Virus record (IMG/VR): IMGVR_UViG_3300001605_000010
Coordinates: 1-64,000 of that record
Strand: one strand, 5' to 3'
DNA length: 64,000 bases
DNA from: an uncultured virus (IMG/VR IMGVR_UViG_3300001605_000010)
Taxonomy: Duplodnaviria; Heunggongvirae; Uroviricota; Caudoviricetes
The notes under the pieces were generated by a model, which made no database searches, was not told the origin of the DNA, and worked only from the letters and a program-made list of their open reading frames with translations. The translations under genes were made by a program, and so were the position numbers. Within the stretch, counting starts at the first letter, position 1. Every line of letters starts with the position of its first letter. This document shows, piece by piece, positions 38,945 to 49,045 of the stretch.

Positions 38945-40401
38945 TTTTTAGTGGCTACCAATCTTATGTTTCGAGCGATGTCTTTCATCTCACGTCCTTG
39001 CATGGCTCGAGATCCCACGGCATACATCTCAGAATCTCCAGCACCGATATTTAGCACTTCTCCGGTCTGGGTGTTGTAGCCATACACTTCGATGTCGGGA
39101 GATCGTTCCAGTTGCTGCCACACTCGATTGCCCCCGGGACTTTGCTTGCGATCTGATATCAGTGTGAGTCCCAGATCCTGGACCAGGGCCCGATAGAACT
39201 CATGCGCTCGCACAGGATTGCCGGGCGCGGCATAGAGTCCGTGTATGATATAACTAGAGGGATTGCCTTTGTACTGGCTGCCAAAGGTAGTGACGATCAC
39301 TCGGCGTTGATCGGGATCAAACAAGTGATAACTCAGTTGTCCGCCCAGCCAGTCCTGCCAGATGCTGTATTTTTTATATTGGGCCACTTCACTGCCCAGA
39401 TGGTATTCTTCCCGTCCAGGCCGGATGGGTCTGCCAAAGTTGGGTAACTGTCCCGGCTCTGATCCTTTGCCTTTGACCTTGGAGAGTATCTGCACTTCGT
39501 TGAGCTCATCATCAAAACTACTGAAAGGATCCACTATCACCAACTGGCCACTGGCTCGCTGCATGATGTTGGCCACGTTGCCTAGATCGTAGCCTGTGGT
39601 AGCAAAACCTGCGCGGAACATACGGTCCATGGCTTGTGCCAGGCCGTCCACTTGTTCATAAGTTAACCCATCAGGTATGTCACGCTCGTCTATGGCCGGA
39701 TCACGATCATAATTACCCATGAACTGTTCTAGATAATCCATCACACGCTCATCGCCAGGCAATGGTTCGAGACGTTCCTGGCTATAGGCATAATACTTTT
39801 TGCCATTCCACGTCAGTTCGCGATCTGGGCCCACCCGGGGGAAATGTGGATCGCGTTGATTGGCACGGAAGAATTCCACATATCGCCGGATGGTGTCTTG
39901 CCTGGGCAGGCTGCCAGATCCTACAATCTTCAGTACCGAATCACTGCTGGGCTTTGACAGCACCAGTTGATCTTGGCCTTCTCCGTTGATCTGCCAACCG
40001 GCGTTGGTGAATCGATCGATCAACCCAGGATCGACCTGCAGTTCACCCGGGGAGTTGACTTCTTGTACTTTTTCTTCCCATACTTCCTGGCTACCGCGGT
40101 GCTTGTCCCAAAAGCCTGCACCGGCATCAGTCTGTTCACTGCTGCGTAGGACTTTGTATCCCAGTTCTTTGGCATAGTCGTACATGATACGGGCTATGCC
40201 TTGACCTTGATATTGGGGTTTCACGGCGAGGTCAAGAGCCACTGCACGATCGCCTTTTCGCATGAACTTCACACGTCCCAGTTCTCGACCATGCGTGGTG
40301 GCAGTGATCCATACAATGTTGGGCTGTTCGGCATCCTCGTGATGCTCCACATCTATGCCTTCGCGATTTTCTCTTTCCAGCACGAACTCTTGGAATCTCA
40401 T
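38941..40401 (-). CDS. Multidomain protein: GNAT acetyltransferase + kinase-like + second GNAT-like domain, CTS-like tag
   Basis: MRFQEFVLE; VKPQYQGQGIA..MY; GEGQD/VLKI/DLGNVANIM/IVDP; SDRKQSPGG..VW. Confidence 0.75.
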   Translation of the reverse strand: MRFQEFVLERENREGIDVEHHEDAEQPNIVWITATTHGRELGRVKFMRKGDRAVALDLAVKPQYQGQGIARIMYDYAKELGYKVLRSSEQTDAGAGFWDKHRGSQEVWEEKVQEVNSPGELQVDPGLIDRFTNAGWQINGEGQDQLVLSKPSSDSVLKIVGSGSLPRQDTIRRYVEFFRANQRDPHFPRVGPDRELTWNGKKYYAYSQERLEPLPGDERVMDYLEQFMGNYDRDPAIDERDIPDGLTYEQVDGLAQAMDRMFRAGFATTGYDLGNVANIMQRASGQLVIVDPFSSFDDELNEVQILSKVKGKGSEPGQLPNFGRPIRPGREEYHLGSEVAQYKKYSIWQDWLGGQLSYHLFDPDQRRVIVTTFGSQYKGNPSSYIIHGLYAAPGNPVRAHEFYRALVQDLGLTLISDRKQSPGGNRVWQQLERSPDIEVYGYNTQTGEVLNIGAGDSEMYAVGSRAMQGREMKDIARNIRLVATKK

Positions 40402-41084
40402 AAGTCGATCCTCTCGATGATCTGCAGTTGGCTGGGATTCAAGAACATGGCCTGCGTGGGTTCTCCACCGTGTATGATACCATGGCCAGGATCAACGAAA
40501 GCATCATGCCCTGTAGCTTTTTTCAGCAGTTGGTTCCAGGTAAACACATATGACCTAGGCGATTTCCGGGCCGGTTGTCCATGACTACCGCCCACTAGAT
40601 CAAGATCCGTGACGTCTTGTTGCTTCAGGGCCATCTTGCGGGTGTAGTCCAGTAACATAGCGAAACTACTCAGGTAGCCGGGCTCACCAGGTTCGTCCCA
40701 ACTGTTGGGTGTGGGTTTCAACCATCTAGCGACGCCATGCAATCGGCGCATGGCCGCACGCAGATCTGAGCGACCAAACTCTCTAACATCCATCACCGGA
40801 GTCGGGGATCGGAACACATACATGTATCGTGGGTTGGCCGGAAACGGTACATTGGTGAGATCAGTCTGTATGTCTGGCCATATCAAATACAAAGGATAAG
40901 CATACACCCCGGCCGGGGTGTTGATGCTGCGTGGATCGGGATTGATGCCCAGTTTGGGTATCTTGGTGTAACTCACGAATACTGAATGATCCTGGGCCAA
41001 GGGTTTCAGCACATCTTGGCCGCTCACACGAGGATTCTGCTGTGGATTCCTGCGCAGTTCTAGGACAAATTCTTGAGCACGCAT
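40398..41084 (-). CDS. Hypothetical protein with CTS-like tag
   Basis: MRAQEFVLE-LRRNP; KLGINP, TPAGVYAYP, DPGHGIIH..EPTQ. Confidence 0.7.
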   Translation of the reverse strand: MRAQEFVLELRRNPQQNPRVSGQDVLKPLAQDHSVFVSYTKIPKLGINPDPRSINTPAGVYAYPLYLIWPDIQTDLTNVPFPANPRYMYVFRSPTPVMDVREFGRSDLRAAMRRLHGVARWLKPTPNSWDEPGEPGYLSSFAMLLDYTRKMALKQQDVTDLDLVGGSHGQPARKSPRSYVFTWNQLLKKATGHDAFVDPGHGIIHGGEPTQAMFLNPSQLQIIERIDL

Positions 41085-41566
41085 TATGCGTATCCTATCC
41101 ATACCCGGCCGCGATAGCCATTGGGAAATGCCCGTATGTTCTGTATGGTGCGATGCCAACCTTCCACCAACTCCAGACCGTCTACACCCTCTCTCTGTAT
41201 CGCGATGACGGGTTCCTGGCTGGGTGCGCCGGTCTGTTGTATCTTCTGTGCCTGTGTGGCATGGCGTTCAGCATCGCGTGGTACCTTCATGGGATTGATC
41301 AGTCCACCTTCTCTGGCCAGGATCTTGCGCTGCGTGGTGCTGTCAAAGGCATGCATGCCTAGGTCCAGAGTTTTCAATTCCCAGCGATACACCGGATAGT
41401 TTTCAGCCACATCATCAAAGTAGGCTTCCATCTCGCTCTGGCTCAGGCCTTTGCTTGCTGGATATATCCAATCACGTAGCACATAGTCCGGCCAATCCGG
41501 AAACCAGCTCTGTACGTATTGCAAGAGACCTTGGCGGTATTCTAAGATGATTTCTTGGGCTCTCAT
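41084..41566 (-). CDS. ParB/Srx-like domain protein with CTS-like tag
   Basis: MRAQEIILE; EPVI...LVEGWHR. Confidence 0.65.
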   Translation of the reverse strand: MRAQEIILEYRQGLLQYVQSWFPDWPDYVLRDWIYPASKGLSQSEMEAYFDDVAENYPVYRWELKTLDLGMHAFDSTTQRKILAREGGLINPMKVPRDAERHATQAQKIQQTGAPSQEPVIAIQREGVDGLELVEGWHRTIQNIRAFPNGYRGRVWIGYA

Positions 41567-44500
41567 TATCTCATTTCCGGCACAACTTCTACTTCTGTGC
41601 CTGATCCATAGCCATTGCGTGTGAGCCATTGGATGGCGTGGCGGTTGGCATCCTGTTGATTGTTGCCGATGCCATGGAATCTAGTTAGTTCGCGACCTTC
41701 AGCATCTCGCACGATCCAGTGACCAGTCCACTCGCTCTGGGGCGTTGTCTGTGTTCGCATGGATTCGCCACCAGTGCGCACGCCTACTTCAAATCCGGGA
41801 TGTTCCAGTCGGTATCTTTCCAGGCGTTGCATGGCTTCTTCGTCCGAGTCGGCCATGAATCCAATCACGGGATTGTTGGTGGATCTGCTGTAGATCTGAT
41901 ATTCTCTGCGAGATCCTGTGGAGGCTTGAACCGGTCGCAGTCCTGCTGTGCCATCGTCTCTGCGATAGGTCTCATATTCTCTATTCTGATCTGCAGGCAT
42001 CGCACTGAAGTCCGTGGCCCTGCGACCTTGCACTTCCAGGGCCTGTTGTACTGACCTCATGGCCGCCTCTTCAGATGAGGCCTGGGTGCGCAGGCTGTCG
42101 CGTAGGTTGGCATTACCGCGTTGTTCGGTCCAGAATACCTTGAACCATTGTTGTCCTGTCACACGCTGCTGGATCTGTTCGATGTCTTGGGCATTGTCCG
42201 TGGACTGCTCGCGATGTTGTTTGATCTCTTCCGGGGTAGCTGGTCTTGCTTCCACGTAACTGCGACTGCGTGAAAGCTGATCATCCTGTTCGATGGCCTG
42301 GGCCTTGGCCTGTTCGGCCGTGGCGGCCATCACGAACACTCGACGATCAAACGCCGACACACGCCACAGCGTGGGACGCTCAGCGATCTTCTTGGCCACT
42401 TGGGCACGACGGCTGATCTTCTTCTCGGGCTCATCACTTTGCTTGCGGATATCGTAGTTGATGCCTTGTGCTGAGTATTTTCCCACGGCATCTCCGATAG
42501 CCAAGCTCAGATCCGCTTCGTTCTCGCCACTGACCACATCCAATACCTCACCTGTGTCCTTGTTGTAGATCTCGTATTTCTGTCCCGGGACCTGTTTGGG
42601 TTGTTCTTTGGCCAGGACTTCACGTGCCCACTGTTTCTTGAGTTCTTCGGGTGTGATCTGTCCGGTGCTGTACTTCGCGAACAGTTCTAGGGCGTCCTGT
42701 GAATCTTCGGTCTCAACATTGGTACGATACCTTGTGTCTTTTTCAGATTTCTTGGTTTCAGCAGCACGATATCCGGTCAAGAGCTTGTAGAGTTTCTTTG
42801 AATATTCCTGGCGTTCTAGATCAGGCCTGCCGGCGATCTGCATGGCCCGTGCGAATCTCAGCATGGTGTTGGTGAGTGCGTTTTCATCACGGCTGTCCAT
42901 GGAAAGATAGTCACCTCCGGGTGATCGGAACTCGATATAGCCATCCTTGATGTGTGCCGATGTGTACTTGCTCTTCCCCACGCCGTCCTGCACATAGCGT
43001 GCGGCCAGTTCGATGAGATTCTTTTTCATGAGATCCATGGCTGCCGCGGTTTTATCAGCACCACGCATCGAGTCCATGCTTTGACCTTCTTGTTCTTTCA
43101 CCCAGGGACGCCGACTGCGTTGTACATCTCGTAATTTTTCCAGGGCCGAGCGGGTGTATGAATTGGCTGCACGACCAAACTCATCCAGCACATACTGGTC
43201 ACCCAGGAACAGCACCAGTTTCACATAGTCCACGTCGCCGCCCTTGAAAGGCAGGCTCACGCCCATGTGGAGTCCTGTGGAGTCGTTGGTATAAGCATCG
43301 CCCGAACCGTTGGCCCAGTCTAGGACTTTTTTCAAGGCTGCCATGGCATCAGGCAAAGGCATAGGCGGTGATACCACTTCCAGGCCAGCATCTTCGTAAT
43401 CGTCAGGATCCAGTGATCCATCGGGTTCAACGATCCAGAGATCAGGCCTGCGTGTCACACTGTGATAACCTGTGCTGCCACGTACTTTGGCGCCACCTAG
43501 GGCACGACTCAAGCTGTCGGCGATCTCATCCACATCACGACCTTCGCTGTACCCGCCTTCGGTCCAGTAGGGCCAGTCCACTTCAAACGAATTAGCGATA
43601 TCGCTCATGTAACGATATTGATCTCTCAGCCATTCATCCTGTCCTAGATCATTGCTGTCGCGCATCATGTCCGAGAAGTAGTCATAGGCCTCCTGCCATT
43701 CTTCGTCGCGGCTGGCGATGGAGGATTGTACATCTTCTTCGAACATTTCTCGAGCACGTTTTTCTATAGCTTCGCTTTGATCGGCCGACTCTTCTGAAGT
43801 TTCTATTTCCAGTTCTTCCGCGGCGCGGGTGCGATATTCGTCTTGATCTTCTTCCCAGACGTTGTTCTCCATCCAGTCACGTACCTGATCTTCTTCATCA
43901 TTGTCCCAGGCCTTGTCGACTTGTTCTGTTTGCCACTGATAAAATTCTTCGTATAAACTATCACGCAAGCGGTTAGCAGCGTTGCGTCCTATACCTTCTC
44001 CGCCTTGGAAGAAGTCAATCACTGATTCGATGTCGGTAGCACGTTCGTCTTGGTCGTAGTCAGGTTCTGACTCTCCTTGCTCGTCACGGGCGGTATTGCG
44101 GAATATCAGTTCAGCTTCGAAGCCAGCACGTATGCCCTGGGCTTCTTCGCTCTGTGCCCACTTTTGCAGCTCGCCGGGACTCATCTTCACTTCAAAGAGA
44201 TCTTGATCTTCAGTCAAGGTGTCTTTACCGGCCTTGACCGATTCCAGCAGATTGTTTAACTTCTTCATCAACAGCGCAGGACGACCCTGTGCATCAGTGT
44301 CAAGAGCCAGTTTGTTGGCCTGCCTACCGGTTTCACCTGGCCGGATATCCTGGGTCAAGGCCATGCTGTATCTGGGATCGTTCTTTTGTTTTTCTGTGGG
44401 GATATATCCTGATGCTTCTGCTACTCGGCTTTCACGTGTGCCTGTGCCTTTTCTCAAGGCATCTTTGGCAGCAGTGGTGAGTTCTTCTCGAGCATCACTG

Positions 44501-46071
44501 CCTTTCATGCCTTTGAGTGTTTGTGCTGTGCGACCAATGGTCTGTACTGTTTTGAGTGCGTCAGTGGTAGCACAGCCAGGTGCACCAGCGATGCAAGCAG
44601 CCGCGGCCACGGCACCAATTTTTTCTCGCATGCCTTCACCCATGGGCCTCTCTACAGCGGCCAGCATGTCATAGTAGTCAGGCCGCTCATTGAGATGATC
44701 CAGAGCGATCTCCAAGGCTGTTCTGGCATCGCGAGTATGTTCCATCTCTACAGCGATGCCTTTTTTCAACTGGTCGATCAAGGTCTTTTCATCCACACCG
44801 TGTTTGCTCATGATCTCTTGTGCTGTGGGTGTGGGTTGATCCAGTTGTTCCTGGAGATCCGTACCGGCAAACATTCCAGGTTCTTGTTGGGCCCAATGAC
44901 GCATGATCTGACCTGCTAGAGCATTGGCCTGATCTTCGTAAGTGCTGCCAGTCTCGCCGGCATCGTCAGGCAAGCCCACGACTTCATCCTGACGTGCATG
45001 AGTCATCTCATGTGCCAGGGTGCGCAATATATCCACGACGTGGCGACCAGATGTCGCAAGTTCTATCCTGTGCTGATCGGGATCGTATCTACCAAACGTG
45101 GCGTTCACACGGCTCCACTGGGGATCTCGGCGCAACTTGATCACAGGAGTTTTTTCCATGCCCAGGAAGTCACAACAACTCCGGGCAAATCTCTCCAGGA
45201 TGTCCTGCTGGCTTTCTGTGCTTTCTCGCACTGACTCGCCGCCGCCTCCATCACCGCCACCATCTGTGGCAGCCGCGGTATCTCCGTAGTAGTGATAACC
45301 AGGATACCAATAGCCACCATAAGCATATCTTGTGCGCTTTTTGGACGTTTTCTTTTTGCGTTCCTCCAGGCTCATGGCCTGATCACGTGCTGTTTTGCGT
45401 GCCTGGCTCAGCTGTTCCAGAGTACCGTTGTTGCGCAGGATCTTGAATGCGAGATTCTCTGGACCAAACTCACCGGTCTGGTCCAGGCCAGCCTGGCGCA
45501 GCTCTCGTATCTTGGTGGCCATGCGATCCATCTCGGCCAGGTCTCCGGAACGGATGGCATTTTCTATGCGAGCACCGAGATCTTCGTACTTGCTTTTTAC
45601 AGATATGTCATCTACCGTGGGCTTGCGCCGCACAGGAACACGCACCCATTTGTTGTTGAGCACACTGTAGATACCTTGGCTGTGATGGGGTTTGCTGGGA
45701 TCTTGCACATAAAGTTCAACATCAGCACCACCAATTTTAAAATCGTTGCGATCGTTGTACTGATATTTTTTAGCATCAAACAGCTCGCGATAAACTTCGT
45801 CTGAGTCTGCTCTGGGCAGATCCACTACCAGGTGCAGATCTATGTCTGAATGAGGAGTATAAGTGTAAGCAGCGTTTGATCCCGAGATCGTGATGTCTGA
45901 GATGTCAACATCAATGCCCAGGAATTCCCGGAAGTCTTCTGCGATCTCCAAGAGTTTGTCCCGGACTTCGGGAAGTAGATGTTCATCTGAACCCCAGAGT
46001 CGGGGGTTCAGATTGGGGTGGAATTTAACAGCGTCTGACAGACGGTAAGATTCTAGTTCATTGATATCCAT
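41566..46071 (-). CDS. Polyvalent protein: nucleotidyltransferase + HExxH metallopeptidase + small helical module + amidoligase
   Basis: GSNA..SDIDLH..VELY; TLAHEMTH; GIAVEMEH..ALDHL.ERPDYY; GFEAE, PDGSL, LEVVSPP, STGLH, IEFRSPG. Confidence 0.8.
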   Translation of the reverse strand: MDINELESYRLSDAVKFHPNLNPRLWGSDEHLLPEVRDKLLEIAEDFREFLGIDVDISDITISGSNAAYTYTPHSDIDLHLVVDLPRADSDEVYRELFDAKKYQYNDRNDFKIGGADVELYVQDPSKPHHSQGIYSVLNNKWVRVPVRRKPTVDDISVKSKYEDLGARIENAIRSGDLAEMDRMATKIRELRQAGLDQTGEFGPENLAFKILRNNGTLEQLSQARKTARDQAMSLEERKKKTSKKRTRYAYGGYWYPGYHYYGDTAAATDGGGDGGGGESVRESTESQQDILERFARSCCDFLGMEKTPVIKLRRDPQWSRVNATFGRYDPDQHRIELATSGRHVVDILRTLAHEMTHARQDEVVGLPDDAGETGSTYEDQANALAGQIMRHWAQQEPGMFAGTDLQEQLDQPTPTAQEIMSKHGVDEKTLIDQLKKGIAVEMEHTRDARTALEIALDHLNERPDYYDMLAAVERPMGEGMREKIGAVAAAACIAGAPGCATTDALKTVQTIGRTAQTLKGMKGSDAREELTTAAKDALRKGTGTRESRVAEASGYIPTEKQKNDPRYSMALTQDIRPGETGRQANKLALDTDAQGRPALLMKKLNNLLESVKAGKDTLTEDQDLFEVKMSPGELQKWAQSEEAQGIRAGFEAELIFRNTARDEQGESEPDYDQDERATDIESVIDFFQGGEGIGRNAANRLRDSLYEEFYQWQTEQVDKAWDNDEEDQVRDWMENNVWEEDQDEYRTRAAEELEIETSEESADQSEAIEKRAREMFEEDVQSSIASRDEEWQEAYDYFSDMMRDSNDLGQDEWLRDQYRYMSDIANSFEVDWPYWTEGGYSEGRDVDEIADSLSRALGGAKVRGSTGYHSVTRRPDLWIVEPDGSLDPDDYEDAGLEVVSPPMPLPDAMAALKKVLDWANGSGDAYTNDSTGLHMGVSLPFKGGDVDYVKLVLFLGDQYVLDEFGRAANSYTRSALEKLRDVQRSRRPWVKEQEGQSMDSMRGADKTAAAMDLMKKNLIELAARYVQDGVGKSKYTSAHIKDGYIEFRSPGGDYLSMDSRDENALTNTMLRFARAMQIAGRPDLERQEYSKKLYKLLTGYRAAETKKSEKDTRYRTNVETEDSQDALELFAKYSTGQITPEELKKQWAREVLAKEQPKQVPGQKYEIYNKDTGEVLDVVSGENEADLSLAIGDAVGKYSAQGINYDIRKQSDEPEKKISRRAQVAKKIAERPTLWRVSAFDRRVFVMAATAEQAKAQAIEQDDQLSRSRSYVEARPATPEEIKQHREQSTDNAQDIEQIQQRVTGQQWFKVFWTEQRGNANLRDSLRTQASSEEAAMRSVQQALEVQGRRATDFSAMPADQNREYETYRRDDGTAGLRPVQASTGSRREYQIYSRSTNNPVIGFMADSDEEAMQRLERYRLEHPGFEVGVRTGGESMRTQTTPQSEWTGHWIVRDAEGRELTRFHGIGNNQQDANRHAIQWLTRNGYGSGTEVEVVPEMR

Positions 46072-46095
46072 ATGAACTATTTACCGGGAATCAGG

Positions 46096-46977
46096 TTATG
46101 CTGTTTTTGTCTTGGCCGCGGGTTTTTTGTTGCTTTTGGCCTTGACTGCGGGCTTTTTGGCCTGATTAGTGGCCAGGACCTTGGGCTCCACAGACTCCGG
46201 CACCGGAGCAGCTTGTGGTGCAGTTTGCTGTGGTTGCACCACGACATTTTTATATTGTTCATGGAGAGCACGATAAAGCGGCTCTTGTGTGGCATAGTCA
46301 AACACATAAGTTCCAGTGTGTTTCAGCAACACACGCTTGTCTACCCAGATCTTGCCACCGAGATCCCGCCAGTTTTCACAGAATGTCCAGTCTTCTGAAT
46401 AGTATCGATTCTCACGCACAGCAGTATCGTAGTAAGTGCGCAGGTGTTGATCCAGTTCCTTGGGCAGGCCGATGTCATTGTTGAAAGGACGCACCGCAGG
46501 ATGCTGATTGAGCTTTTCAAACACATGGCGTTTCACCAACATGAATCCTGTGCCGGTCTTGGAAACTTCCTGTAGGCCATCAGGACCTTCTTCAGCACCG
46601 TCAAATCCGTTCACCACCCACTTCACCGGCATGGTTTTCATGGGATAAAGGCCACCAATAACGTCTACATCGCGATTCAGCATCACCAGGAGATGCCAGG
46701 GTTCCCAACCGATATCAGCGTCAACAAACATCAGGTGAGTGGAGTCGGGATTGGACAAGAACTTTGCTACTAGAGTGTTGCGTGCCCGGGAGATAAGACT
46801 TTCATTGGTCATGGTCTCCAAGGTCCAGTCAATGTTGAGCTGACGGCATGTATTGGCCCATTTGATATAACTCATGAATGTTGATTCTGTAAGCATACCT
46901 CCGTAACAGGGCATGCACAAATGAACCCGGGTGGTGCGGAGATAATCTACGTTGACTGTGACTTGTTGTTCTGCCAT
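46096..46977 (-). CDS. GT-A glycosyltransferase-like protein
   Basis: PCYGG, ESLISRARN, LMFVDADI, GTGFMLV, SEDWTFC. Confidence 0.7.
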   Translation of the reverse strand: MAEQQVTVNVDYLRTTRVHLCMPCYGGMLTESTFMSYIKWANTCRQLNIDWTLETMTNESLISRARNTLVAKFLSNPDSTHLMFVDADIGWEPWHLLVMLNRDVDVIGGLYPMKTMPVKWVVNGFDGAEEGPDGLQEVSKTGTGFMLVKRHVFEKLNQHPAVRPFNNDIGLPKELDQHLRTYYDTAVRENRYYSEDWTFCENWRDLGGKIWVDKRVLLKHTGTYVFDYATQEPLYRALHEQYKNVVVQPQQTAPQAAPVPESVEPKVLATNQAKKPAVKAKSNKKPAAKTKTA

Positions 46978-47031
46978 GGTATCCTCTTGGTTAAAATATA
47001 CTGGGATATTTAACAGTAGAGATAACGATGG

Positions 47032-48039
47032 TTATTTTTTCTTGGTTTCTTCGATGTAGTCTTCGGCTACACCGGATTGGGCGAGATCAATCTCACGTCC
47101 ACGTGCTATGGGTCTGCGACCTTGTTTGGCCATGAATCTCTGATATTCAGCCAAGGCAGACAGCATGGCATCAACCACTTGTCCTTTTTGCAGCACGGAA
47201 TGTAGCCTATTGTAATCACCAGATTTAAGCATATCCAGCATAGAAGCAAACTTGCGAGCGAGATTTGATACCAGGGTCTTTTCGTCCCAGGTGCCCATGC
47301 CGCCGTCGGGAATGATCAAGTGACCAGCATCAGGATCGTTTACTAGAGTGGCTTCTTCTACCTCAGAATCTGGGCCATTGGGCATGGCGATTCCAGTGGG
47401 ATTTAACATGGTCGCACCGCCACCCACGGGCGCCCCTTGCAGTGCTTCGTCTACAGCACCGCCTATGACTTCATCAAACATCTTTACTATCACCCCAGCC
47501 AAGGGTTCCTTGGACTGTGTATCGGGATACAGTTGATTTACCAGGGATATTTTTTGTTCAGGAGTCATGCCCGGCCATTTGGCCCGGATCTCAGTGGCTG
47601 ATGTCATGCCCGGCCCAAACTGCACCGTGGGCAGGTATGCCATGTAACCGTGCTGGCTCATGGGCGCTAGACCTGTGCGTTTGTAAGGTTGGAGATAAGA
47701 AGCTGTGCCGTCTTTTTTTACCCCACCAGGCTGGGGTTGTTGGTCGCGATCCTTTTCACTGCGCACGAATATCAGCTGTGTTTCGTTGGGATCATACATC
47801 TGCGTGATCTCTTGGGCACGGAATGGTGATTTTACCTGTATGAATCTGTGCGCAGCTATGCCAGCGATCCTGGCTAGTTTCTTTTTGACTTCGAACGGAA
47901 AAGGTCTTGTGCTGGTGTCAGCCGTGGCGGCCATGTAGATGTCTGCTGAAGGAAATGCTTCACGGGCAGCATCATAAAGTGCTTTGTGTCCTGCATGTAG
48001 AGGATGGAATCCTCCGGGAATGATAACGAGTTTTTTCAT
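47032..48039 (-). CDS. HIGH-family nucleotidyl/cytidylyltransferase-like protein
   Basis: PGGFHPLHAGH, SEKD, SATEIR. Confidence 0.7.
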   Translation of the reverse strand: MKKLVIIPGGFHPLHAGHKALYDAAREAFPSADIYMAATADTSTRPFPFEVKKKLARIAGIAAHRFIQVKSPFRAQEITQMYDPNETQLIFVRSEKDRDQQPQPGGVKKDGTASYLQPYKRTGLAPMSQHGYMAYLPTVQFGPGMTSATEIRAKWPGMTPEQKISLVNQLYPDTQSKEPLAGVIVKMFDEVIGGAVDEALQGAPVGGGATMLNPTGIAMPNGPDSEVEEATLVNDPDAGHLIIPDGGMGTWDEKTLVSNLARKFASMLDMLKSGDYNRLHSVLQKGQVVDAMLSALAEYQRFMAKQGRRPIARGREIDLAQSGVAEDYIEETKKK

Positions 48040-48055
48040 ACCCGTTATTTATGCA

Positions 48056-48487
48056 TCACATGTTTTCCAGGAGCCACAAGTATACTGGGCTAGAGAAACG
48101 AAATTCTACAGTACCGTTGCAGCCCATGACCCCATAGAATTTCTCAATCACGGGATCACTGGTGCCATTGAGATCATGATGATACTGGGAGATATGATTA
48201 AAAAGGTATCCCAAGTCAATACCATCTATCTTAACATCACAGATTGAGACTGTGCGGTCTTCCAAAATTTCACCAGATTCTGCAATCTGAGTGTGATCTG
48301 GGATTTTACCAGACAATACGAATTCCACACAGTGTTCTTGCTCAATGTCATCATCAAACTCGTGTGTGATTGTGCGTGCGATATCACCAGGTGATTCATG
48401 ATAGATTATTTTACCGTTAAATTTCACACACAGAAAAAGATCCGGTCCTGTGGCTGCTACGTTGAATGATATCTGGCTTGGTTGCAT
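48056..48487 (-). CDS. Hypothetical protein
   Basis: 143 aa; C-terminal FSSPVYLWLLENM. Confidence 0.7.
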   Translation of the reverse strand: MQPSQISFNVAATGPDLFLCVKFNGKIIYHESPGDIARTITHEFDDDIEQEHCVEFVLSGKIPDHTQIAESGEILEDRTVSICDVKIDGIDLGYLFNHISQYHHDLNGTSDPVIEKFYGVMGCNGTVEFRFSSPVYLWLLENM

Positions 48488-48494
48488 CCGCGAA

Positions 48495-48866
48495 TCAGTA
48501 ACTCATCATTACCTTGGTTATGGTACCAGCAGCAAAGTCCTGCACTCTAGCACGGATCCAGGTGAAATTTCCGGTGATATTGGTGGAAAAATTAATATCG
48601 CCTAGACTGGAATCAGTGTAATCCACGTCGTAAACCTGGAACCAGTCGCTGTTTTGTGTGGGTTGGGATTCCAGCGTAGCTTCGATGCGTATGCGTCCCT
48701 GGAACTGTGAAAGATAAAATGCAATGGTCTGAAGTCCACCAAATCCACCATAGTAGTTGGCAGCTTGCTGCTGAGTACCACTGAAGTCCTGGCTGGAACC
48801 ATCATAGTTACCAGAAGGTGTACCGTGCGTGGTAGTGGGCAGCAGTTGCAAGGTAGTGGTTTTCAT
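48495..48866 (-). CDS. Hypothetical (possibly virion) protein
   Basis: Beta-rich; GNFTWIRA. Confidence 0.7.
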   Translation of the reverse strand: MKTTTLQLLPTTTHGTPSGNYDGSSQDFSGTQQQAANYYGGFGGLQTIAFYLSQFQGRIRIEATLESQPTQNSDWFQVYDVDYTDSSLGDINFSTNITGNFTWIRARVQDFAAGTITKVMMSY

Positions 48867-48872
48867 TATTCT

Positions 48873-49035
48873 TTAGTGATTCTCTACCAGGACGTTTTCT
48901 CCCGATAATTCTTGTATCACTGCTTCCAGGCTGTCCACGGACTGCAGAACTCAGGATTTTCGGACAGTCAGCCTCACTGTCTCTTACGAGTTTTGAAACT
49001 TTGATGATGATGATTTCTTCTTGTATCTTAGCCAT
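48873..49035 (-). CDS. Small hypothetical protein with apparent frameshift error
   Basis: MAKIQEEIIIIKVSKLV... continues in another frame as VDSLEAVIQELSGENVLVENH*. Confidence 0.5.
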
Positions 49036-49045
49036 AGTGAGTTAT

